IMG/VR virus record: IMGVR_UViG_3300025110_000007 | Location: 26,221 to 90,220 of that record | Length of the DNA: 64,000 bases | Strand: one strand, 5' to 3' | Source of the DNA: a virus | Notes under the pieces: generated by a model | Told to the model about the DNA's origin: nothing | The model's database searches: none | The model's input: the letters and a program-made list of their open reading frames with translations, nothing else | In this document: piece by piece, positions 56,821-64,000 of the stretch | Layout of the letters: each line of letters opens with the position of its first letter | Numbering within the stretch: the stretch's first letter is position 1 | Position numbers and translations under genes: made by a program

Positions 56821-57389
56821 TCCTTCTTTTTCTTGAATTTGCCATCAGGGGCACGGCTGACCTTTTCTTCATCGAAGGACACACCTAATTTTAGTGACTC
56901 GCCTGTTGCTGGTTGAAAGTCTGTTGTGCCAGAAGAGAAAGTCTGAGCGGTATCATTCTGAGCAACCAGCGACTGTGGTCCGCCCGGAACACCCCAACTC
57001 GGCGGCATCTTGCCGGGGTTGGTTTCCATCCAACGAAGTTCGTTTTCCAACTGCGCTTCCTGCATACGGAGTTCCATGTCTTGTCGACGGCGCTCAAAGT
57101 TCTGTTCCATACCCCGGTATCGCATCCGGCGTTCTCTTTCCATTTCAGAAGTGCGTGCTTTTTCGTCCATGCCTTGCTGGAAGAACATTTTGAAGAAGTA
57201 GTAGGCAATACCTTGTACAAAGAAACCACCCATGGCGTAAGTGAACGCATTCAGCGACACGCTCTCTAAATCTATCCAGATGCCAGCGTCGAAAATAGCG
57301 ACAGCAAGTCCGATATTCAGCGATTGCATGAGGATTAACCCCATCAATCTGATTTCACTTTGGTCTGTGGGTTGACTTACGCTTGACAT
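56817..57389 (-). CDS. Two-TM protein with cytoplasmic coiled coil
   Basis: Two TM helices followed by an E/R/M-rich coiled coil. Confidence 0.7.
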   Translation of the reverse strand: MSSVSQPTDQSEIRLMGLILMQSLNIGLAVAIFDAGIWIDLESVSLNAFTYAMGGFFVQGIAYYFFKMFFQQGMDEKARTSEMERERRMRYRGMEQNFERRRQDMELRMQEAQLENELRWMETNPGKMPPSWGVPGGPQSLVAQNDTAQTFSSGTTDFQPATGESLKLGVSFDEEKVSRAPDGKFKKKKE

Positions 57390-57480
57390 AGGACCCTCTC
57401 ATAGTACCCCAAATTGCGAGAGAACATAAAGCCTTCTGAGGTGGGCCAAGAACAGAGAGGGTGCTCAAGGCCCTTGAAAA

Positions 57481-58716
57481 TCAATCTTTTTTCTTGTCAC
57501 GCTTGCCCTCAGTCGAGGGACCGGGGCCTGCTTTTCCAGACCCAATGACGATGACCATACCGTGAGCAGGCTTCTTTTTCTTATCTGATGACTTGTCTTC
57601 GGCTTTCTTTTCGCAACCACACATCTTTTGCATTTTACCGCAGGAAGGACACGATGCTTTGCGTTCCATGTCGTTAATTGCAGATTTGAGAAGGAATTCA
57701 CCGAGGTCCATGTACTCACCAGTTAGTTTCTGCGAGGAGGCTCGACTATTTGGGTCTTGCCATTGAACATCAGCGTACGGGTCTGGCTGTTGTTGGTTCC
57801 AATTGACATCGTTCCAAATGTCCTGTCGAGCACCTTGGCCCACACCGACATTCTGTACTCCGCCGATGCCTCCACCGGCTTGGTCCAATTGATAGCCGCC
57901 TGTGCCTGACGCACCTGCGCCTGCACCTGCGTAGCCGGGTGACATGCCTGTCATTTGTGGGGGGTCTGTGGGATTGTTTTGCAAAAGTGACCCGCCCGCC
58001 GCTAAAAGGGCAAGTGCTGGGTCCAATCCAGCATTTTGAAGAGCATAGACTCTTCCGATGTTTCTGGCATTATTAGCAACCGCCTGACTGCCTCGCAGTC
58101 CTGCTTGTGTACCTGCTCGCCCCAATGCTCCCGTTCTGCCTGCTTGCCGTGCGGCTTGTCTGCCCATGCTCAAAGCATAAGGGGATTGTTGGGCGGCCAA
58201 TCTAAATTGTGCTTGTCGTGTTGCGTTGCTACCTGCTCCTGTAAGACTCCCAAGAGTCGGGCTTGCTACGCCTGTTCGATTAAACATTCTTCGGGCGTTT
58301 GCGGCCGCTATTTGTCCTTCCGGTATAGTACCAATGGCTTTACCTGCGTTTCTTTCGGCGGCATAGCGTGCGGCATTTTGAGCGGCGGCTTGCTTTGCCG
58401 CTTGCTTTGCCGCTTTGCGACCAAAGATTTTAGCGCCGAGTTTGCCGCCTAATTTGGCAGTCGCACCCACTCCGCCACCTGTACCTTGAGCAAAACCGGT
58501 GCCGAATTCAAGAGCATTACTGGCGAAAGAATCATCGCCTTCTGTGCCTACTACTCCAAGAACGGGGTCAGTGACTCGATTGTCTTTGACATTCTTGTAG
58601 CCTTGATATGCACCATAAGCACCCATAAGAGCAGGAATAGCAAGTGCAGGTAAAATTTTCTCAACCCGATGTCCTTCTTGAAGAACATCCCAAGCGGCAT
58701 CGGTAGGAGAAGTCAT
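57481..58716 (-). CDS. Ala/Gly/Gln-rich tagged protein, putative DNA pilot/ejection protein
   Basis: N-terminal SPTDAAWDVLQE, hydrophobic ILPALAIPALMGAYGAY, AAKQ repeats; internal KLTGEYMDLGEFLLKS precedes a CPSCG..C module. Confidence 0.7.
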   Translation of the reverse strand: MTSPTDAAWDVLQEGHRVEKILPALAIPALMGAYGAYQGYKNVKDNRVTDPVLGVVGTEGDDSFASNALEFGTGFAQGTGGGVGATAKLGGKLGAKIFGRKAAKQAAKQAAAQNAARYAAERNAGKAIGTIPEGQIAAANARRMFNRTGVASPTLGSLTGAGSNATRQAQFRLAAQQSPYALSMGRQAARQAGRTGALGRAGTQAGLRGSQAVANNARNIGRVYALQNAGLDPALALLAAGGSLLQNNPTDPPQMTGMSPGYAGAGAGASGTGGYQLDQAGGGIGGVQNVGVGQGARQDIWNDVNWNQQQPDPYADVQWQDPNSRASSQKLTGEYMDLGEFLLKSAINDMERKASCPSCGKMQKMCGCEKKAEDKSSDKKKKPAHGMVIVIGSGKAGPGPSTEGKRDKKKD

Positions 58717-58970
58717 TCGGAACACTCCTTTCCATGACTCATCTGGACATAAGCGTTGCTCACCATACGATACTGCTCCTGTGCTTCGACAAGGTCGGTG
58801 ATAAGATGGGGGTATTCGTCACACGCTTCTTCCAAAATATCAACAACGGAAGCGAGGTGCCTACGCAGTTCCAAAAATAATTTGGCCATGAGGATTCGGG
58901 GTATGCCCTCGTAGTCCTCCTTGTCCGCAGAAAATCCCCACTCGTCAAAGGGGTACTTGGTGGCCGTCAT
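58713..58970 (-). CDS. Hypothetical helical protein
   Basis: ATGA overlaps on both sides. Confidence 0.65.
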   Translation of the reverse strand: MTATKYPFDEWGFSADKEDYEGIPRILMAKLFLELRRHLASVVDILEEACDEYPHLITDLVEAQEQYRMVSNAYVQMSHGKECSE

Positions 58971-60238
58971 TTCTTGCCCTCCACAGCCCGATACATCGGT
59001 TTGACTGATTTGCCACGAGGAGCGTGTTGCTTGCCTTTCTTGTGAGCGGCTCGCTTCGTTTTGTTCTCCGTTGCTTTTTGCGAAGGCGACATGCTGTCAG
59101 CCACAGACTTGGGAGCATACCTGCCACGCTTGTGACGGGGCTTCTTCATCTCCTTCTTGTCGTCACCGACGAACTCCCACTTTTCTTTGGTCCACTCCGT
59201 GAGTGATTCTTGGCCTTTTGACTTAGCCTTGAGCAACCGCATAGCGATGTCCATTGGTTCGCCTGTTAATTTTCGTCGAGTATCTTCGTCAATATCAAAT
59301 TGCTGAGGTTGGCGAGGTTCATTGGTGATGTTCTGTTCACACGCAGTACAGTACATATTTTCATCTGCACCTTTAGGAAATTGTCTTATGCTTTGTGGGT
59401 CAACTATCGGCTGTAATCTTTCTCCGTGAAGTTGACAGTGTGTGTCAGGGCTATCATATACATTTTCAGTTCGCTCATTAAACACCTCCATGGCAATTTC
59501 TTGAGGTGTTTGTACCTTGTTGCCCTCTTCTTCTTGACCAGCCGCTATTTCATCCCAAGTGGATTGAGGAATACCAAACGCACCAAGCGGGTCGGGGTCA
59601 ACATAATTCTTCCAATTTGGGTCCTGCCAATATGGGTTATCCGGGTCATAAGGTGGGTCATTAGAACCTTTGAGCAACCGCATAGCGATGTCCATTGGTT
59701 CGCCTCTCTTGAAATCACTACCGCCAAGACCTGTGATATTGAGTCCTCTATTGGTTGGCCGACCATCCCACTCACGAGTATAGACAGTAGGTAATCTGTG
59801 CCTCAATGCAGGATGTTCACTTTCTATGATTTCCTGCGGTGCAATGGGATGCGCAGTTTGTTTCATACGACCATCCCTTGAGAAGCCCGTTCGGTAAGGG
59901 TCCAATATCTCCCCATCACCATGTACCACCGCTTTGTTTCCATACGGCATTGCGTTTTCAACATCATATTCTTGACGGTGTTGCTCATCACGGCTGTCAA
60001 AAACAGTCGCCCCTACCGCACCTTGATTGTCTTGCCCCGGATGATGCGTTGGTTCAATTGTTCCATCACCTTGACATGTTATGCAAGTAATGTAGTCGTA
60101 GTCTGTACCACCTTCTCCATCAAAGGGACCTTCATAAAAGCCGCCTTGGCCTCCGCATTGAGGACATTTGTAATCAAGAGTGTCTTCTTGTTTCAGCAAC
60201 CGCATAGCAATGTCCACTGGTTCAGTCACGGTAGCCAC
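58967..60238 (-). CDS. Three-module putative polyprotein (tag x3): DnaJ-type Zn finger, CxxH..CxxC module, DUF5872 C-half-like basic module
   Basis: EPVDIAMRLLKQ, GEPMDIAMRLLKG and GEPMDIAMRLLKA each start a different module. Confidence 0.8.
   Translation of the reverse strand: MATVTEPVDIAMRLLKQEDTLDYKCPQCGGQGGFYEGPFDGEGGTDYDYITCITCQGDGTIEPTHHPGQDNQGAVGATVFDSRDEQHRQEYDVENAMPYGNKAVVHGDGEILDPYRTGFSRDGRMKQTAHPIAPQEIIESEHPALRHRLPTVYTREWDGRPTNRGLNITGLGGSDFKRGEPMDIAMRLLKGSNDPPYDPDNPYWQDPNWKNYVDPDPLGAFGIPQSTWDEIAAGQEEEGNKVQTPQEIAMEVFNERTENVYDSPDTHCQLHGERLQPIVDPQSIRQFPKGADENMYCTACEQNITNEPRQPQQFDIDEDTRRKLTGEPMDIAMRLLKAKSKGQESLTEWTKEKWEFVGDDKKEMKKPRHKRGRYAPKSVADSMSPSQKATENKTKRAAHKKGKQHAPRGKSVKPMYRAVEGKK
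59229..60223. repeat. Dispersed tag-coding direct repeat, three copies
   Basis: TTGAGCAACCGCATAGCGATGTCCATTGGTTCGCCT is identical at 59229-59264 and 59670-59705; a 32-nt copy with 3 mismatches lies at 60192-60223. Confidence 0.9.
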
Positions 60239-60665
60239 CGCCAGCCTTCTTGTACTTTACAGCCACAAGTTGTGCTTTGCGAGCAGACCACTGACCGGGC
60301 TTGCCGCCCTTAGAGCCTGCTTTGACACGGGCGACGATTTTCTTTCGCATACCGGGCTTGGTGTAGTTGCCAGCGGCGTTGACTTTCTTGAGAACAGGCA
60401 CCATTTTGAGGGTGCCTCGCTCTTTGAAGTGGCGGGCTCTGTTCGTATGAGGGTCTTCTGCTACGAGTGTGTGGTCTTTGGTGTGACTCATGTCTGGCCC
60501 ACCTTTGCCATCGATGCCTCGCTGACGGCGCTCACGCTTGAGGTCGGTGTGGTACTTGACTCTGTCAGGGCTGGTTTCGTAATCAGTATCGTACTCAGAT
60601 TTGTGCCGCTTCGCTTCTGGACTCGTGGCGTGCTTGAGAACTTCCCAAAAGTCGTCGTTGACCAT
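60222..60665 (-). CDS. Tagged basic two-module protein; C-terminal module DUF5872 N-half-like
   Basis: DDFWEVLKHA; second module after PVLKK reads YTKPGMRK..GSKGGKPGQWSARKAQL..YKKAGGGY. Confidence 0.75.
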   Translation of the reverse strand: MVNDDFWEVLKHATSPEAKRHKSEYDTDYETSPDRVKYHTDLKRERRQRGIDGKGGPDMSHTKDHTLVAEDPHTNRARHFKERGTLKMVPVLKKVNAAGNYTKPGMRKKIVARVKAGSKGGKPGQWSARKAQLVAVKYKKAGGGYRD

Positions 60666-60669
60666 GTTA

Positions 60670-61038
60670 TCACTCTTGGTTTTCTCTTAGGCTCTCCATG
60701 CTCAAGTCAAGAGGCTCGGTATCTGGAAGTGGAACGCCGGGAAGACGGCCCGAAGGATGGGCAAGATTAGCAATTGGATTGTTCCGTACCATGCTTTCTG
60801 CACTGTCCGCCATGTAATTTGAGATTTTAGGGGCTTGTTGTGCTTGAAGTCGCTTGCGTGCTTCTGCGTTGGCCGCTTCAATCTCCGCTCGTTTTTGTTC
60901 TTCTGCTTGTTGTGCTATCAGATTTCTGATATTGGATTGGTACCTTGCGTTCCTTTCTTCGGACGGCATGTCATTAGTGATGTCATGCATGTCCCTCTTC
61001 AACAAAGCCCATGCGCTGTCAAACGGTTCATCGGCCAT
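60670..61038 (-). CDS. Tagged orphan protein
   Basis: Likely start MADEPFDSAWALLKR at 61038. Confidence 0.7.
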   Translation of the reverse strand: MADEPFDSAWALLKRDMHDITNDMPSEERNARYQSNIRNLIAQQAEEQKRAEIEAANAEARKRLQAQQAPKISNYMADSAESMVRNNPIANLAHPSGRLPGVPLPDTEPLDLSMESLRENQE

Positions 61039-61210
61039 GGTGCGGCTATGACCGCTCCGCTCATGAATCTTTCCACATGCACTCGCATTGAGGACAGTGC
61101 CAAGCAACACTTCTCAAACTGCCGCCCGCTTTGGAGTACAGACGGTGAGTAGGTTGTTGCTTACAAAGGGGACAGGGAGGACTTTTTGTTCGGCCCATGT
61201 GAATCACTGT

Positions 61211-61310
61211 AAAAAGGTGGAGGGCAGGGGCTGAAACGGAAGGTGATATATACCTGCACTAAAAAAGCCCAAAAAGCGCAGAAACACAGAAAAGTACCCC
61301 GGCCCTCCAA
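61211..61310 (-). ncRNA. Candidate small structured RNA (about 100 nt)
   Basis: Intergenic; 12/13-bp terminal stem (61297-61309 with 61218-61230), TTTATA box about 25 nt upstream (61333-61338), T5 tract at the 3' end. Confidence 0.4.
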
Positions 61311-61346
61311 ACCTACCGACGAAGGTTAGGGGTATAAAGATTCGGG

Positions 61347-62372
61347 TCAGCGGCGACGGTTGCGACGACTGTTGGGCCCTCGGCCCCTACCGCCTCGGCG
61401 GGTGTTGAGTGCTCTGCGCTGTACAGGCTTTGGAACACGAGCGGCTTCCTCGGTCTTTCTATTACCAAGTGCCTGCATTGCGGCGTCCATTGGGCTGGCA
61501 GTGGATGGCTGTGCAGACTGTGCGGCCAATGACCTTGCTCGGTTGGCTTGTGCCTCGAATTGTCGTCGCCCAGCATCAGGGTCAGGCTGAACGCCCTCTG
61601 GGAATTCAGGGAAATCAGCAAGACTTTGGCCTAACTGTTGCATTTGTGGCATTGTTTCTGGCCTTGAGTCATCAGCGAATTCAGTATCGTCAACAGGTTC
61701 TTGTGTTTGAATCCTGTTTTTGAAAGAGAATGGGTCATAACTATGAGAACGGCCATAATTGCGAGGATTTTGGACGATAGGGCCATATTCTTCTCCGACA
61801 TTACCATAGTAGTCCCTGCGCCTGTTTCTTGCAGGTCCTCCCATTCGCATGTTAAAATCATAATTTTGTGCAAACCTTTTCTGTGCCTCCGGGTTGTCTG
61901 CTTGTAGGCCTTGCAGTGTCTTTGGGAAAAAGCCAGCGTCCATTGATGAAGTCACTTCGGGAGGCTGAACGGTCATTGGGTCAGGCATGCTGTCATCAAA
62001 AACCGGCAACTCAGGGTCATCATCATGGCGTACTTCGTCAATTAACATTTCATTTTTCACAGAGTCAGGAAGGTCCTTGTATGCCGCTGGGTCGTAGCCC
62101 TCTTCGTGTGGCTGTCCGAATTCGTTAAGCCTGCCCCGCTGTGCCGCCATTATTCGCTCAGCCATCGGCTGACCAGCGGTACCGCTCGTCTGACCATCAC
62201 CAAACCTTTGGAAAGGCTCAATCCCTGCGAGTGCCGCAGGAATACCGGAGCGACCACGGGCCGCTTGGATTCTCTCAGGTGTTGCAGGAAGCCCACCAGT
62301 GCGGGCCGCTTGGCGCAGGTCTTCCAGCGTCACTTCTTTGAGAAGCATCCAAGCGTTGTCAATAGGGTTCAA
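61347..62372 (-). CDS. Tagged low-complexity protein with Arg-rich C-terminus
   Basis: Likely TTG start at 62372 (MNPIDNAWMLLKE) just after the upstream stop; ends RRGGRGRGPNSRRNRRR. Confidence 0.7.
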   Translation of the reverse strand: MNPIDNAWMLLKEVTLEDLRQAARTGGLPATPERIQAARGRSGIPAALAGIEPFQRFGDGQTSGTAGQPMAERIMAAQRGRLNEFGQPHEEGYDPAAYKDLPDSVKNEMLIDEVRHDDDPELPVFDDSMPDPMTVQPPEVTSSMDAGFFPKTLQGLQADNPEAQKRFAQNYDFNMRMGGPARNRRRDYYGNVGEEYGPIVQNPRNYGRSHSYDPFSFKNRIQTQEPVDDTEFADDSRPETMPQMQQLGQSLADFPEFPEGVQPDPDAGRRQFEAQANRARSLAAQSAQPSTASPMDAAMQALGNRKTEEAARVPKPVQRRALNTRRGGRGRGPNSRRNRRR

Positions 62373-62376
62373 AAAA

Positions 62377-62766
62377 TCACATTCCGGGTTGTCGTTGCTG
62401 AGCAAGGTCTTGTCCAAGCATTCGCATGGCCTCTCTTTGAGCATCTTTCTTCTGGGCAACATTCATGCCCAAAGCAGAAGCATTGTCTGCTTCCAGTTCC
62501 TCTTCCTCGGGACTATCGAATTCAGAGTCAACTGGCTTTCGCTTAGCCCGTTCGGTTTCGTCAAAGACCATCCGACGCTCTGCTTGTCGCTGACCAGTAC
62601 GGCTTATGCCCCGAGCATCCCGTCGAGTCATATCTCCGTACGGCTGATTCGTAGGGTAGCCTGCCAAACCTGTGAACTGTGCCCTGTCACGGTCCATTCT
62701 ATCTTGACCTTTGAGTATTTGCCAAGCGATTCCTTCGGGGGTCATGGGCTTCCGAGGGAGGCTCAC
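62377..62766 (-). CDS. Tagged orphan protein
   Basis: PMTPEGIAWQILKG. Confidence 0.7.
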   Translation of the reverse strand: MSLPRKPMTPEGIAWQILKGQDRMDRDRAQFTGLAGYPTNQPYGDMTRRDARGISRTGQRQAERRMVFDETERAKRKPVDSEFDSPEEEELEADNASALGMNVAQKKDAQREAMRMLGQDLAQQRQPGM

Positions 62767-62785
62767 AACATAAGCGTGTCGGCTG

Positions 62786-63406
62786 TCAAAGAAGGTCTTC
62801 GTATGAGAACGGCTTACTCTCTATGACTTCTCCTTCTGGCTCAAAATCCGGGTTCCGAGCATCAAGCAAAGGTCCATGGAATTGCGGGTCGACATAACGC
62901 CTACCAGAAGGAATACCAGCGTCAGTCACCGGCAAACTTTGCATATACCGAGTGTCGTATGGAAGCCCACGCTTAGGATTTTTTCCGTAATTCAAATGCT
63001 CTCTTTTGTACCTTTCAACATTAAATTGCTTATCCTGATTGGTGTAGCCTTGAATGTTTCTGCGGGCTGTTCCGTCAGGGTCGAAAGTCAAGTAGCGTGC
63101 CGGGTAAATGGCACTTTGACCTGTGTGATGGTCAGTGCTTCCTTCCAAACCTTTTTCGTGAGCATCAAACATCAATTTCCCATCAGCGGTTCGATAACTG
63201 TTCTCTCTTGAAAAGCGAACAGGTACACCAACTGTACCACGCTCATGGTCAGCAATAGTCTGCATCATTGACTGTGCTTCGGCCCAAGACATCCCATCAG
63301 CAACGGGAGGGAACTGCGCATCAACAGCCTCTCGGAAGTCCTGCCTCCGCCTGCCAGCACCCCTCGCCTTAAGCAAGGACCATGCTACATCAAGCGGGCT
63401 GACCAT
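62786..63406 (-). CDS. Tagged orphan protein
   Basis: Likely start MVSPLDVAWSLLKA at 63406. Confidence 0.7.
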   Translation of the reverse strand: MVSPLDVAWSLLKARGAGRRRQDFREAVDAQFPPVADGMSWAEAQSMMQTIADHERGTVGVPVRFSRENSYRTADGKLMFDAHEKGLEGSTDHHTGQSAIYPARYLTFDPDGTARRNIQGYTNQDKQFNVERYKREHLNYGKNPKRGLPYDTRYMQSLPVTDAGIPSGRRYVDPQFHGPLLDARNPDFEPEGEVIESKPFSYEDLL

Positions 63407-63499
63407 GTGGTGACGAAGGCCACCAGCCATAAAAATTGTTTGTAAAATTTTAGGACCCTAAGTCGCTCACGAAATTTTGCTGGAGCGCCGTGTGTGGCT

Positions 63500-64000
63500 T
63501 AAGGAGTGCAAAGGGTCGGTGCAAAGGTATCTCTCCTTGTAGTGTAAAGGGTCAGTGTAAAGCCTCGCAGTGCATCGTTCTATAGACACACAGGGCCACC
63601 CCACACGAGGGCGGTCCTGTCGCACGCATGGGGGCAACCACCACGCAGTAGGCCGTTCTATAGACACACGGGAGAGCCGCCCTCGTGTACGGGGTAGAGC
63701 CGCCCCGCCGTGTGGTAGGGGGAGCCGCCCCACACGGGAAAGGGGCCGCAGTCACACGAATAGGGGAGCCCCCTCACACGCAGGGGCCACGCCACACGGG
63801 GGCCACGCCACGCCCAGCCGCCTGTCACGCCACGCCCGTAGGGGAGGGCCGCCCTATCGTGCGAAGGGCTCTCAGTCACACGAATAGGGGAGCCCCCTGT
63901 CATGTGAATGGGCTGTCCCTGTGGTGTGGTGCAAAGCCCACTCACGCACGCCACGCCACGCATGGGGTGAGCCGCTTGTGTGGGGGGCCAAGCCCCACAC
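63500..64000. repeat. GC-rich non-coding repeat region (possible genome end, pac site or origin)
   Basis: GTGYAAAG x4 (63506, 63519, 63542, 63555); CGTTCTATAGACACAC x2 (63576, 63654); CAGTCACACGAATAGGGGAGCCCCCT x2 (63749, 63873); GCCAC tandem runs. Confidence 0.8.

Noticed and set aside
59229-60223. 36-bp direct repeats as a CRISPR array
   Set aside because: Only three copies, 441 and about 520 bp apart, in frame within a CDS and encoding the peptide tag; no cas genes.
60180-60770. 196-aa plus-strand ORF
   Set aside because: Antisense to better-supported tagged genes.
61200-61340. tRNA gene in the intergenic gap
   Set aside because: No cloverleaf or TTCGA T-loop; kept only as a candidate sRNA.
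42772-62462. Longest-ORF starts from the track (43344, 49494, 61110, 62462; also 4370 and 2256)
   Set aside because: Most overlap upstream genes extensively; downstream starts fit SD sites, stop-start coupling or the N-terminal tag better.
51524-63406. Diversity-generating retroelement or integron behind the cassette variation
   Set aside because: No reverse transcriptase, integrase, adenine-biased TR/VR pair or attC-like sites seen in this window.
63467-63963. ORFs in the terminal repeat region
   Set aside because: Low-complexity translations of GC-rich repeats with no SD or domain signal.

Overview
This window is a 64-kb piece of a tailed dsDNA archaeal virus (Caudoviricetes). It most resembles a Magrovirus-type virus of Marine Group II Euryarchaeota (Poseidoniales), inferred from a virus-borne group II chaperonin, GGTGA/GGAGG Shine-Dalgarno sites and the HK97-type head module. 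Nearly all genes are on the minus strand. In transcription order they are: a repeat-rich non-coding end (63440-64000); a block of small orphan genes; a membrane-protein/Ras-like GTPase module; a TerS candidate; large low-complexity proteins; TerL; a LAGLIDADG-domain protein; portal; a 1920-aa protein with an apparently inactivated DNA-ligase domain; prohead protease/scaffold; MCP; decoration, adaptor, terminator and tail-tube genes; tail chaperones; a 154-aa tape-measure-like gene; two paralogous Dit-like genes; a 5168-aa giant tail protein; baseplate/fibre genes; HMG-CoA lyase; and the convergent 3' end of a thermosome gene. The most striking signal is a peptide tag, (TGE)P-[MLIFV]-D-x-A-[WMF]-x-[LIV]-L-K. 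It occurs in about 17 copies: at the N-terminus of 11 otherwise unrelated proteins and internally between modules of longer ORFs. Its LLK|small-residue end also appears in the MCP and protease. I infer a capsid-targeting plus prohead-protease-cleavage system that loads a diverse protein cargo, partly made as polyproteins, into the virion. All assignments come from reading motifs by eye; no database searches were run.
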